Shown here: piece after piece, positions 45,480 through 53,976 of the stretch | Layout: every line of letters begins with the position of its first letter | How positions within the stretch are numbered: the stretch's first letter is position 1 | Assembly: GCA_963783305.1 (NCBI GenBank) | Contig: CAWAMW010000015.1 | Span: forward strand, 55,767 to 119,766 | Length of the DNA stretch: 64,000 nucleotides | DNA from: an uncultured Gemmatimonadales bacterium | GTDB taxonomy: Bacteria; Gemmatimonadota; Gemmatimonadetes; Longimicrobiales; RSA9 | Direction: 5' to 3' | The notes under the pieces: model-generated | Told to the model about the DNA's origin: nothing | Seen by the model: only the letters and a program-made list of their open reading frames with translations | The model's database searches: none | Program-made: the position numbers and the translations under genes

Positions 45480-46175
45480 TCAGGATGTGTTCCCTGGTTC
45501 GAATACGAGATCCCGGAGCATGCGCTGCATCCGGTCGATCTCGCTGTTCTGGTCTGCCGCGATATCGGACGCGAGCTTGTATATGGAATCGCTCTGGCCG
45601 GACCCGGGGGTGCCGAACAGCTCCTCCACCATGACCAGCGCCCCCTTGTGGTGCTGGATCATGTAGGTGAGGAAGAGCCGGTCCCACTGGGGGCCGCGGG
45701 CCGCGTCCAGGCGCTCGAGCTGGGGGGGTGTCAGCATGCCCGGCATGCGGCTCGCCCCGTGCGCGCCGTTCCCGTGGCCCATATCTCTCCCGGCCATGGG
45801 CATCCGACCCGACTCGAGGACCTCCGGCGCCGGCTGTCCGTGATCGCGGAGCCAGCGCTGCATGAGCTGGATCTCGTCCCGCTGGCTGTTGAGGATCCGG
45901 CTGGTGAGCGTCAGGAGCTGCGGACTTGCGTCGTGTGTGGGCGCCATGTGCGCCATGACCAGCGCCTGCGCGTGGTGGTGGATCATGCCGCGCATGAACT
46001 CGACGTCGGCCTCGGTGAAGGAGCGCCGCACACTGTCCGCGCGCGCCGCCGCGTCGAGTACTTCGGGGGACGGCTGCGGCGCGCTTGCAGCCGCACTGGG
46101 CCCGCCCGCCGTGCCGCACGCGGCGACGAGCGTCAGCAGACCGCCGACCACGAGGGTGGTGGTGAGATTCCGCAT
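45480..46175 (-). CDS. DUF305 family lipoprotein (CopM-like) with Met/His-rich loop
   Basis: ATG at 46175. The lipobox is LTLVAACGT. Two DUF305 half-motifs are present (FMRGMIHHHAQALVMA and FLTYMIQHHKGALVMV). They are separated by GRMPMAGRDMGHGNGAHGASRMPGM. Confidence 0.85.
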   Translation of the reverse strand: MRNLTTTLVVGGLLTLVAACGTAGGPSAAASAPQPSPEVLDAAARADSVRRSFTEADVEFMRGMIHHHAQALVMAHMAPTHDASPQLLTLTSRILNSQRDEIQLMQRWLRDHGQPAPEVLESGRMPMAGRDMGHGNGAHGASRMPGMLTPPQLERLDAARGPQWDRLFLTYMIQHHKGALVMVEELFGTPGSGQSDSIYKLASDIAADQNSEIDRMQRMLRDLVFEPGNTS

Positions 46176-46302
46176 TCGTATGGGGTTCCGGGGATCGAGG
46201 GTTGGAAACCTACGATGCAATGAACCGGCCGCGCCACCCGCGGGGCTGGTGCTCGTGCGGATCCTCAGCGTAAGCGTCTCTCGCGCCGTGCGGGCGCGAT
46301 GC

Positions 46303-46338
46303 GGTGAGGCCGGCCTGACGAATCAGACCGGCCTCACC
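46303..46338 (-). terminator. candidate stem-loop terminator after the MCP gene (no U-tract)
   Basis: GGTGAGGCCGG (46303..46313), a 14-nt loop, then CCGGCCTCACC (46328..46338), about 40 nt downstream of the 46378 stop. Confidence 0.4.
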
Positions 46339-46377
46339 CCTCCACCTCCCCGAGCCGCCGACGGCCCCCTGGACGGA

Positions 46378-48486
46378 CTAGAACCGCCGCAGCACCTCGT
46401 CCTCCTCGAACGGGATCAACGCGGCCGGCTCCGACGCACCGTGGCCGTTACCCACCGGCCGCACCGACACTTTTGCGCCCCGCTTCCCACCGTTCCCACC
46501 GTTCCCACCGTTCCCACCGTTGCCACCGTTCGGCCGGTGTCGCGCGACGGGTTCACCGCTCGCCAGCCGGAATTGCCCGACGAGGCCCGTCATCCGCTGC
46601 GCCTGCCCGCTCAGCTCCTCCGCGGCGCTGGCGCTCTCTTCCGCGCTGGCCGCCGACCGCTGGGTCACGGCGTTCATCTCCTCGACCGCGTTGTTGATCT
46701 GACCGACGCCTTCGGTCTGCTGCTCGCTCGCGGCGGCGATCTCGGCCATGACTTCCGTCACCCGCGCCACGCCCTTCTGGATCTCGTCCAGCTGCGAAAC
46801 GACCTCGGCCTGGACCACCACGCCCTCCTCGGAGCGCTCCACGCTCTGCTCGATGAGCCGCGACGTCTCCTTGGCCGCCTCGGCCGACCGCATGGCCAGG
46901 TTCCGGACCTCTTCCGCCACCACCGCGAACCCCTTCCCCGCCTCACCCGCTCGCGCCGCTTCCACCGCAGCGTTCAGCGCCAGCAGGTTGGTCTGGAACG
47001 CGATCTCGTCGATGGTCTTCACGATCCGCGCTGTGGCGTCGCTCGACTCCTTGATCCGGTTCACCGTGAGCGACAGGCGCTGCATTGCCTCGGCACCCTT
47101 CTCCGTGCTGTTCGACGCCGCCTGTGAGAGGCCCCGCGCCTCGTTGGCGTTGCCGGAGTTCTGGGTGGCCATGGACGCCAACTCCTGCAGCGAGCTCGAG
47201 ATCTCCTCCAGGCTCGACGCCTGCTCGCTCGCGCCCTCCGCCAGGTTCTGGCTGCCGCCTGCGATCTCGTCCGACGCGCTCGAGACCTGCTCGCTCGCGG
47301 CGGACACCTCGCCCAGCGCCTCCTGGAGGTTGTCCACGGCCTGGTTCAGCGAACGCTTGATCTTGAGGTAATCACCACGATAGTCGCCCTTCATCCGGGC
47401 GGTCAGGTCGCGCTCCGCCAGCGCCTCCAGCGTGCTCGACGCCTCATCGAGCGGCGTGACCACGGCCTCCAGCAGACCGTTCAGCCCCGCCACCATTTCG
47501 CCGTACGCCCCCTCGATACCCGTCCCGTCCGCGCGCTTCGACAGGTCGCCGTTGCCCGCCGCCTTCACCAGCTCCCGCGCCTCGCCCACCACGCGCTTCA
47601 GCACCTGCTGCGCTTCCTCGAACCGACGCGCTGTGCCCCCCGTGCTCTCGATGATGCCGTCCACCGCCCGCGCCAGCGAGCCGATCTCCTCCGTCAGGTC
47701 GAGCTCCAGCGGCTCCGTGCCATAATCGACCCGGTTCTCCAGGTCGCCCCGCACGATGGCCGCGGCGCCCGCGCCCAGGTTCGTAATGTCCCGCTGCTGG
47801 AGCGCCTGCACCCGCTCCACCACGAGCTGGATCCGCCGGGTCACCCACCCCGAGATGAACAGTGCGATCCCGGCGGCGATCAGTATGCCCAGGACCAGGA
47901 TCCCGATCATGATGGCGCGGATCCGAAGATAGAGCGCGGTGTTAGCCTCGGCCATCTGCTTCGCGCCCTCCAGCCGCGCTTCCGCAATGGCGTCTAGCGC
48001 CGCCGAGTACACGTCACCAGTACGACCTGCCTCGCCGAGCATCAGCGCGATCGCCTCCTCCCGGCGCTCCTGGCGCACCAGGTCCGCCACTTCGCGGGCG
48101 GGGGCGAGGTACGCCTGGCGCGCCTCCAGCAGGTCGCCGAACAGCGCCCGATCCCTATCCGTGCTGAGGGTCGCCTCGTACTGGTCCTGGAACGCGGAGG
48201 CCCGCTCGGAGAGCGCTGTCAGCTCCTGGGAGTAGGCCGCCCGCTGAGCCGAATCCTCCGCGAGGGCGAGGTCGCGCAGCACCACGCGGTAGCCCTCCAA
48301 CGTGACGTTCCACTCACCTACCAGGCCCAGTCGAACGGTCTCGTCCTCGTAGAGCGCGGTGTCCGCCGAGCCCAGCGTCCGCAGGCTCCAGATCGTCAAC
48401 GTCCCCGTGAGGACCAGGAGGCCCGTGACCAGACCGAAGCCCGAGAGGAGCTTGGCCCGCAATGACAGATTGTCGAACGACTTCAT
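46378..48486 (-). CDS. methyl-accepting chemotaxis protein (4HB-type sensor, HAMP, MA domain)
   Basis: ATG at 48486 follows GGAGGG. After an N-terminal TM and a four-helix-bundle periplasmic region comes a second TM. The conserved signalling hairpin is [40 protein letters not shown]. The C-terminal tail has NGGNGGNGGNGGNGG and ends ..EEDEVLRRF. Confidence 0.9.
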   Translation of the reverse strand: MKSFDNLSLRAKLLSGFGLVTGLLVLTGTLTIWSLRTLGSADTALYEDETVRLGLVGEWNVTLEGYRVVLRDLALAEDSAQRAAYSQELTALSERASAFQDQYEATLSTDRDRALFGDLLEARQAYLAPAREVADLVRQERREEAIALMLGEAGRTGDVYSAALDAIAEARLEGAKQMAEANTALYLRIRAIMIGILVLGILIAAGIALFISGWVTRRIQLVVERVQALQQRDITNLGAGAAAIVRGDLENRVDYGTEPLELDLTEEIGSLARAVDGIIESTGGTARRFEEAQQVLKRVVGEARELVKAAGNGDLSKRADGTGIEGAYGEMVAGLNGLLEAVVTPLDEASSTLEALAERDLTARMKGDYRGDYLKIKRSLNQAVDNLQEALGEVSAASEQVSSASDEIAGGSQNLAEGASEQASSLEEISSSLQELASMATQNSGNANEARGLSQAASNSTEKGAEAMQRLSLTVNRIKESSDATARIVKTIDEIAFQTNLLALNAAVEAARAGEAGKGFAVVAEEVRNLAMRSAEAAKETSRLIEQSVERSEEGVVVQAEVVSQLDEIQKGVARVTEVMAEIAAASEQQTEGVGQINNAVEEMNAVTQRSAASAEESASAAEELSGQAQRMTGLVGQFRLASGEPVARHRPNGGNGGNGGNGGNGGKRGAKVSVRPVGNGHGASEPAALIPFEEDEVLRRF
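46484..46528. repeat. 9-bp tandem repeat x5 (TTCCCACCG; last copy TTGCCACCG) encoding (GGN)n in the MCP tail
   Basis: Copies at 46484, 46493, 46502, 46511 and 46520, read directly. Confidence 0.9.
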
Positions 48487-48600
48487 GATACTCGTCCCTC
48501 CCCGTTCCGATTCGTGCCCCGGAAGCTCCGGGACTACGTGCTGGAGTTTCCAGAGAGGTTCGGCAGAGGGTCCCGAAGCTTTAACGTGCGGGGAGCGTGG

Positions 48601-49362
48601 TCAGGGGAGCTGCGCCACGGGCGCCAGGCCGAGGGTCTGCAGCGCGACGACCACGACGACGAGGACCGCCACCGTGATCCCCACCCTCCCCCAGATCCGA
48701 CGCCGCGACATCCCGGCGAGTCCTGCCCCGATCACCGCGCCCGCGAGCCCCAGCTCCAGTCCCTGCCCCACCCACCAGCCCACCAGGAGGTCCACGGGCG
48801 CCGTGGTGATCGACCACAAGCCCAGCAGGAGAGCGCCCCAGGCCGTCAGTCCGGCCGCCAGCCCCATGCGGAAGCCAGGGAGCGCTCCCCGGATCCCCGT
48901 GCAATGGAGCAGCCAGTAGAGGCCGGCGGTCAGGAGAAGGAACGACAGGTAGCCCGCGGGGATTCGGCGGAAGGCGGTCGCGGGGTCGAGCAGGAAGGGG
49001 CTGTTTCGCGTGTAGAACTCCGCCAGCACGCCCGCGTGAAGGAACAGGTCCACACCCAGCGTCAAGACCCACGCGGCCAGGATCAGCGATCCATCCCTCC
49101 GCCGGCCACCCTCCCGCGTCGCCGGTGGAGAGCCGCGGTCCTCCATCGCGCTCACCGGCGCGCTGGATCGGTCGGGATCCGACCGGTGGTGGAGCTGACC
49201 GTGAGGAGCAGCGCGACCAGCGTCGACAGAACGCTCGCCACCAGCGGGACCCAGCCAGCTCCCGCCGTGCCAGCGATCCAGAGGCTCGTCCAGCGCCAGC
49301 AGCACGAACACGGCACTTACCCACCGGGGCAGCCACACCAGCGCCTCATCGTAGAGCTCCAC
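48601..49362 (-). CDS. hypothetical polytopic membrane protein
   Basis: The C-terminal 180 aa have 5-6 TM helices (LILAAWVLTLGVDLFLHAGV.., ..ITVAVLVVVVVALQTLG). The GTG at 49362 is preceded by AAAGGGGA. An alternative ATG at 49146 would drop a low-complexity N-terminal part. No family is recognised. Confidence 0.45.
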   Translation of the reverse strand: MELYDEALVWLPRWVSAVFVLLALDEPLDRWHGGSWLGPAGGERSVDAGRAAPHGQLHHRSDPDRSSAPVSAMEDRGSPPATREGGRRRDGSLILAAWVLTLGVDLFLHAGVLAEFYTRNSPFLLDPATAFRRIPAGYLSFLLLTAGLYWLLHCTGIRGALPGFRMGLAAGLTAWGALLLGLWSITTAPVDLLVGWWVGQGLELGLAGAVIGAGLAGMSRRRIWGRVGITVAVLVVVVVALQTLGLAPVAQLP

Positions 49363-49571
49363 GATCCCCCTTTATTCCGGTATCACCAGCGAATAGTACG
49401 CCCAGTGATACCACCGCGAACAGGATCGAGCTTTAGCCGTAGACTCCGTCGGGCGAGCGTCGTGGGGTGGGCAGGTGCGACGCGGTCGCCGTGGGCTGAC
49501 CGCTATCCGGCGAACGCCGGAGCGCCCTCATCACCGCGCCCCGGCGTCTTCTCGCGGACCCTCGGGCCTCG

Positions 49572-50132
49572 TTACTTCGGCCTGGGCGAGGTCGGGATCA
49601 TGACGTGGGCGTAGGGCGTGCCCTTCCACATGACGAACGGGCCGCCGTTGTCGGGATCCGTGGGTATCCCCTCGAGCATGGCGGGGTCGGAGAACACCAC
49701 CATGATGTGCGGCCCACCGGACTGGATCCACTGGTTGTCGGGGGTGGGCCCCGTGGCGAACGGGTCCGTGTTGCTGACCGGCATGTCGCCCTGGAGCATG
49801 TAGCTGAAGCCGGTCCCGGAGAACACCGGGTCGCGTCGGTTCATGAGCGCGTCCATGACCTCGCGCCAGTTGCTGTCGAGGCACATGGGGGCGTTCCCCG
49901 GCATGTCCTGCATGTCGGGCATGCAGACCCAGTCGCTGGTGCCCTCCCGGAGGATGGTCCCGTCGGCCAGCGCGACGGTGGCGTGCTCCGCCACTTCGGG
50001 GGGCGCCGCGCTGAGGGCGCTCTGGATCTGCTCATCGGGCGTGCGTGTGTCCTGCGCCTGGGCCTCGGCCGGGGCGCGGCTCACGGCGAAAACCGCCACG
50101 AGCGCGAACGTGAGAAGGGTGGAGAGTCGCAT
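49572..50132 (-). CDS. secreted hypothetical protein with Cys/Met-rich motif
   Basis: ATG at 50132 lies 4 nt after AAGGAG. The signal peptide is MRLSTLLTFALVAVFAVSRAPAEAQA. The motif is DWVCMPDMQDMPGNAPMCLDSNW. No family is recognised. Confidence 0.6.
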   Translation of the reverse strand: MRLSTLLTFALVAVFAVSRAPAEAQAQDTRTPDEQIQSALSAAPPEVAEHATVALADGTILREGTSDWVCMPDMQDMPGNAPMCLDSNWREVMDALMNRRDPVFSGTGFSYMLQGDMPVSNTDPFATGPTPDNQWIQSGGPHIMVVFSDPAMLEGIPTDPDNGGPFVMWKGTPYAHVMIPTSPRPK

Positions 50133-50302
50133 GGGGCTCCTTCGCATGGGGGGCTGGCCGGAGTCGTTCCGCCAGTGATCGGCAGGATCGGCCGCCGCCG
50201 TCCTCACCGGGATCCGATCCGGAATGCGTCTGGGGGGATGATTCCGGGGGAATGACCTAGGTACCCCCGGACGGCGGAGAAGTCAATCAGCGCGTACAGC
50301 GT

Positions 50303-50335
50303 CCCGGGGACGGCCCGGGGACGGCCCGGGGACGG
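50303..50335. repeat. 11-bp perfect tandem repeat x3 (CCCGGGGACGG) plus a degenerate 4th copy, in a divergent intergenic region
   Basis: Copies at 50303..50313, 50314..50324 and 50325..50335, then CCCGGGCGTCGG. They lie between the divergent starts at 50132 (-) and 50469 (+). Confidence 0.9.
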
Positions 50336-50393
50336 CCCGGGCGTCGGTCCGGCGCGGCGGCCGGAGGGGATGCGAGCCGTCCGCAAGCGCTTC

Positions 50394-50421
50394 TTGACGG
50401 CCCCACAGGCGCAGGTACATT
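50394..50421 (+). promoter_or_regulatory. candidate sigma70-like promoter for the Bor-like gene
   Basis: TTGACG (50394..50399), a 16-nt spacer, then TACATT (50416..50421), about 48 nt upstream of ATG 50469. This is a pattern match only. Confidence 0.3.
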
Positions 50422-50468
50422 GATCCCTGCCCCCTGCCTCATCCTCCTACATCCGAAGGGCGGTCGCG

Positions 50469-50903
50469 ATGAAGCGTACGAGTGCAGTAGTCCTGTTGCT
50501 GTCGGCTGTCGTCCTGACCGGCTGCTACCACGCCACGGTAGACACGGGTCTGCGGCCGAGCGGTGAAGTAGTCGAGAAGCTTTGGGCGCATGGCTTCGTG
50601 TACGGTCTGGTCCCCCCCTCCGAGATCGACGTCGCCGCCGAATGCCCGGATGGGGTGGCCCGTGTCGAAACGCAGCTGTCGTTCCTGAATCAGCTCGCCA
50701 GTGCGTTGACATTCGGCCTTTACACCCCGATGACCATTAGCGTCGCATGCGCTGCGGGACCGGACCGCGCGGCGATGAACGCGGGGAATACCTTCAATGT
50801 GATCGGCTCGCGACCCAGCCCCGAGACCATCGACCGGGCGATCCGCCTGGCCATCGAGACGCGTCAGAACACGTACCTCAATTTCGTGGACGCCACGGAA
50901 TAG
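50469..50903 (+). CDS. Bor/Iss family lipoprotein
   Basis: The lipobox is LSAVVLTGCYHATVDTG. ..HGFVYGLVPPSEIDVAAECPDGVARVETQLSFLNQLASALTFGLYTPMTISVAC follows the Bor-family pattern (GL.P....D....C..G...V.T..S.......LT.GIY.P....V.C). Confidence 0.75.
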   Translation: MKRTSAVVLLLSAVVLTGCYHATVDTGLRPSGEVVEKLWAHGFVYGLVPPSEIDVAAECPDGVARVETQLSFLNQLASALTFGLYTPMTISVACAAGPDRAAMNAGNTFNVIGSRPSPETIDRAIRLAIETRQNTYLNFVDATE

Positions 50904-50927
50904 CAGCGCGGCGGCGGTTGCTCGAAA

Positions 50928-50967
50928 GTGACCCGTCCCCCTCCTTGCGGGGCGGGTCACCTTCGTT
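50928..50967 (+). terminator. candidate terminator after the Bor-like gene
   Basis: GTGACCCGTCCCC pairs with GGGGCGGGTCAC (one bulge) and is followed by CTTCGTT. Confidence 0.45.
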
Positions 50968-51221
50968 GGCTGCGAGCCCGGACGAAGTCGTCTGAAGCGG
51001 CGCCGGCCCACCAGGTCCAAACACTGCTCCGTTTCCTGGAAGCGGCGGTCGTTTTCCGCCTTTGCTCTCCACAGGACCGCGATGCCCGCAGCGAGCTCTT
51101 CGAACACGATCCCCCCGATGTCCATCCGCTGAACCGGAGCCGCGCCTCCCGGTTCGATCCGCCGCCGGGCTGCCGGAACGACGAACGCCGGGGCGGCCTC
51201 GTCACCGCGCCCGGCGTCGTC

Positions 51222-51298
51222 AGATCTTAGATCCTAGATCTTAGGTCTTAGCTCTCAGATCTCCGATCCCAGATCCCAGTTCTCGGATCCCAGCTCAC
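51222..51298. repeat. heptanucleotide tandem array, 11 units, consensus AGATCYY, with 7 GATC sites
   Basis: The units are agatctt agatcct agatctt aggtctt agctctc agatctc cgatccc agatccc agttctc ggatccc agctcac. GATC sites are at 51223, 51230, 51237, 51258, 51265, 51272 and 51286, so all spacings are multiples of 7. The last unit contains the nrdJ stop codon (51295..51297). Confidence 0.9.
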
Positions 51299-53844
51299 CC
51301 ACACTCGCTGTATCCGCAGCTCAGGCACTTCACGCACCCTTCCGCGAACTGGAGCCCGCTGGAGCACTCGGGGCAGGTGCCGATGAAGGCGTCTCCCGGG
51401 TCGTAGTAGTCGGCCTGTGGCTTCGGCTGCGCGGCGTGCTTGGGCTGCGCGATGGGCGCGGGGGTGGCGGCGGGCGCGGCGGCGGCGCCGCCGAGGCCGA
51501 GCTCCTCCTGGATCCCTTCCTTCTCGTCCAGGTGCAGCTGGAGCACCTGTGCGATGGCGTCGGGCATGGAGAGGACCTTGTTGGGTCCGAACCCGACCGC
51601 GCGGTCGCAGGAGATGCCGCGGAGCTGCGTGACCACGTCGGGCATGGGGATGCCGCTCCGGAGGGCGAGGGATAGGAGGCGACCGATGGCCTCGGCGTGG
51701 GCCATGGCGGCGCCGCCGGCCTTGCCGAGGGTGGCGAAGACCTCGAACGGCTGGCCCTCCTCGTCCTCGTTGACGGTGATGTAGAGCTCACCGAGGGGGC
51801 TCCGGATCTTGCGGGTGGTGCCGTGGAGCGCCTGGGGGCGGGTCCGCTTGTGGAGCCGCCGCTGGTGCTTGACCTCGAGCTCCCGGAGCGTCTTCTCCGT
51901 CTCGTCCAGCTCGTGGACCAGGCGGTGGTTCTCCTCGCGGGCGTCGGCCAGGGCGGCCTCGAGGTCGGCGGTCCTGGCGGACTTCTCGGTGGTAGCGGCG
52001 TCCTTGCCGGTCTTGCCGGTGCTGAGCACCTGCATGGGGCGGCAGCCGTCACGGTAGACGGTGACGCCCTTGCAACGGAGCTCGTGGGCCTTGAGGTAGA
52101 TCTCGCGGACGTCGTCCTCGGTGGCCTCGTTGGAGAAGTTGCACGTCTTGCTGATGGCGCTGTCGGTGTGCTCCTGGAAGGCGGCCTGCATGCGGATGTG
52201 CCAGTCGGGGGCCACGTCGTGGGACGTGACGAACACGCGCTGGACGGCCTCGGGCACCTCGTCGAAGTGGATATGGCCCTCGGCGGCGATGCGCTCCATC
52301 AGGTCCTCGGAGTACCAGCCCTGCTCGGCGGCGATCCGGACGAAGTCCTTGTTCACGTCCGCCATCATGGAGCCCGCCTGGTTGCGCATGAACGCCACGG
52401 CGAAGAGGGGCTCGATCCCGCCGGAGCAGTCGGCGAAGATGGAGATGGTGCCGGTGGGCGCTACGGTCGTGATGTTGGAGTTCCGGAGCTTCCGCATGGG
52501 GCGGACGCGCTTGCCGTCGACCTTCGCGGCGGTCCTGTCCGGCCCCCAGATGGAGTGCTTCCAGGCGGGGAAGGTGCCGCGGGTCTCCGCCAGCTTCTCG
52601 CTGGCCACGCGGGACTCCTCGCTGATGAAGCCCATGACCTGCCGGGCGATGTCGATGGCCTCGTCGCTGTCGTACGGGACGCCCACGCGGACCAGCAGGT
52701 CGGCCCAGCCCATGATGCCCAGGCCGATGCGGCGGATCGTCTGCGCCAGCTTCGTGATCTCGTCCAGCGGGTAGTTGTTGGCGTCGATGACGTTGTCGAG
52801 GAAGTGCGTGGCGAGGTGGACGGTGTTGCGGAACTCGTCCCAGTCGATCTTCTCGTCGAAGGGCGCGTCGGCATTCACATCGTCCTTTACGAACATGCCG
52901 ACGTTCACGCTGCCGAGGTTGCACACGTCGTAGGGCAGGAGCGGCTGCTCGCCGCACGGGTTGGTCGCCTCGTAGCTGCCCAGCTTCGGGACCGGGTTGT
53001 AGCGGTTGGCCTCGTCGATGAAGAAGACGCCCGGCTCGCCCGTGGCCCACGCGCCCTCGATGATCAGGTCGAAGATCTCGTTCGCGTCATCCGTCCCCAC
53101 CACCTCGCCGTTGCGCGGCGTCTTCAGCTCGTACTTCTCGCCCTTCTTCACCGCCTCCATGAACGCGTCCGTGATGGCCACGCTGATGTTGAAGTTGGTG
53201 ATCTGCGTCACATCGCTCTTGCACGTGATGAAGTCCCGGATGTCCGGGTGGTCCACGCGCAGGATCCCCATGTTCGCGCCCCGGCGCGTGCCACCCTGCT
53301 TCACCACCTCCGTGGAGCCGTCGTAGAGCTTCATGAAGCTGACGGGTCCGCTGGCCACGCCCATGGTGCTCTTCACCACATCGTTCACCGGACGCAGACG
53401 GCTGAAGCTGAACCCCGTGCCGCCGCCCGACTGGTGCACCAGCGCCATGCTCCGCAGCGTGTCGTAGATGCCGTCCTTGCCGTTCGACAGCGCGTCCTCC
53501 ACCGGCAGCACGAAGCACGCGCTCAGCTGGCCCAGCGGACGCCCGGCGTTCATGAGCGTGGGGCTGTTCGGCTCGAACAGCCGGTGCGTCATCAGCCGGT
53601 AGAACTCACGCGCCAGCTGATCGACCCCGCCCTCGCTCGCCCCGTAGCTGGTGTCCACGTCCGCTATGGTACGCGCCACGCGCCAGAACATCTCCTCCGG
53701 CTCCTCGATGGCCTCGCCAGCCTCGTTCTTCTTGAGGTAGCGCTTGCCCATGATGATGCGGGCGTTCTCACTCATGTCCGCCCGAGGGAGGTCCTCGGGG
53801 AGCACGTCGGCCGGAGCTGGAGCGTCGGCGGGCTTCGGGGTCAT
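51295..53844 (-). CDS. nrdJ: class II (adenosylcobalamin-dependent) ribonucleotide reductase
   Basis: ATG at 53844 follows AGGAAGAGGA. MGKRYLKK..EMFWRVARTIA, ..PNSPTLMNAG..LSACFVLPVEDA.., ..GGGTGFSFSRLRP.. and ..GGTRRGANMGIL fit the family. It is a single-chain protein of about 850 aa. The C-terminal Cys-rich tail is CPECSSGLQFAEGCVKCLSCGYSECG. Confidence 0.9.
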   Translation of the reverse strand: MTPKPADAPAPADVLPEDLPRADMSENARIIMGKRYLKKNEAGEAIEEPEEMFWRVARTIADVDTSYGASEGGVDQLAREFYRLMTHRLFEPNSPTLMNAGRPLGQLSACFVLPVEDALSNGKDGIYDTLRSMALVHQSGGGTGFSFSRLRPVNDVVKSTMGVASGPVSFMKLYDGSTEVVKQGGTRRGANMGILRVDHPDIRDFITCKSDVTQITNFNISVAITDAFMEAVKKGEKYELKTPRNGEVVGTDDANEIFDLIIEGAWATGEPGVFFIDEANRYNPVPKLGSYEATNPCGEQPLLPYDVCNLGSVNVGMFVKDDVNADAPFDEKIDWDEFRNTVHLATHFLDNVIDANNYPLDEITKLAQTIRRIGLGIMGWADLLVRVGVPYDSDEAIDIARQVMGFISEESRVASEKLAETRGTFPAWKHSIWGPDRTAAKVDGKRVRPMRKLRNSNITTVAPTGTISIFADCSGGIEPLFAVAFMRNQAGSMMADVNKDFVRIAAEQGWYSEDLMERIAAEGHIHFDEVPEAVQRVFVTSHDVAPDWHIRMQAAFQEHTDSAISKTCNFSNEATEDDVREIYLKAHELRCKGVTVYRDGCRPMQVLSTGKTGKDAATTEKSARTADLEAALADAREENHRLVHELDETEKTLRELEVKHQRRLHKRTRPQALHGTTRKIRSPLGELYITVNEDEEGQPFEVFATLGKAGGAAMAHAEAIGRLLSLALRSGIPMPDVVTQLRGISCDRAVGFGPNKVLSMPDAIAQVLQLHLDEKEGIQEELGLGGAAAAPAATPAPIAQPKHAAQPKPQADYYDPGDAFIGTCPECSSGLQFAEGCVKCLSCGYSECG

Positions 53845-53976
53845 AACTCTGTCCTCTTCCTGGGGCTGATGGTACGAGCCGCTACGTGGATAACTTCCGC
53901 TGTCGCGCTGAGATCGACAGGATCGCGCAGGCCGCTCCATGCAGCGGACGCCCCTTGGGGTCGGGCCGCCTGAAAT

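Noticed and set aside
43297-45666. 789-aa plus-strand ORF, the minus-strand alternate-frame ORFs, and the 229-codon N-terminal extension of the 43429..46119 ORF
   Set aside because: They are antisense or alternate frames of the LVIVD gene. The extension overlaps the DUF305 gene in another frame and is Arg/Ala/Pro-rich. The lipoprotein start at 45432 has an SD.
50439-51125. 228-aa minus-strand ORF beginning MDIGGIVFEELAAGIAVLWRAKAENDRRFQETEQCLDLV. I considered it as a small gene or a relic of a four-helix-bundle-type protein next to the heptamer array
   Set aside because: After about 55 codons it runs through the Bor terminator and antisense across the whole Bor-like gene. There is no SD and no convincing family match by eye. 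It could be a decayed gene remnant, but I cannot support that.
46484-51298. Whether any of the short tandem repeats (9-bp x5, 11-bp x3, 7-bp x11), or the 15-bp repeats elsewhere, constitute a CRISPR array
   Set aside because: The units are contiguous with no unique spacers, are far shorter than CRISPR repeats, and there are no cas genes in the window.
51697-53973. 758-aa plus-strand ORF and several alternate-frame ORFs over nrdJ
   Set aside because: It is antisense to a gene with unambiguous ribonucleotide reductase motifs.
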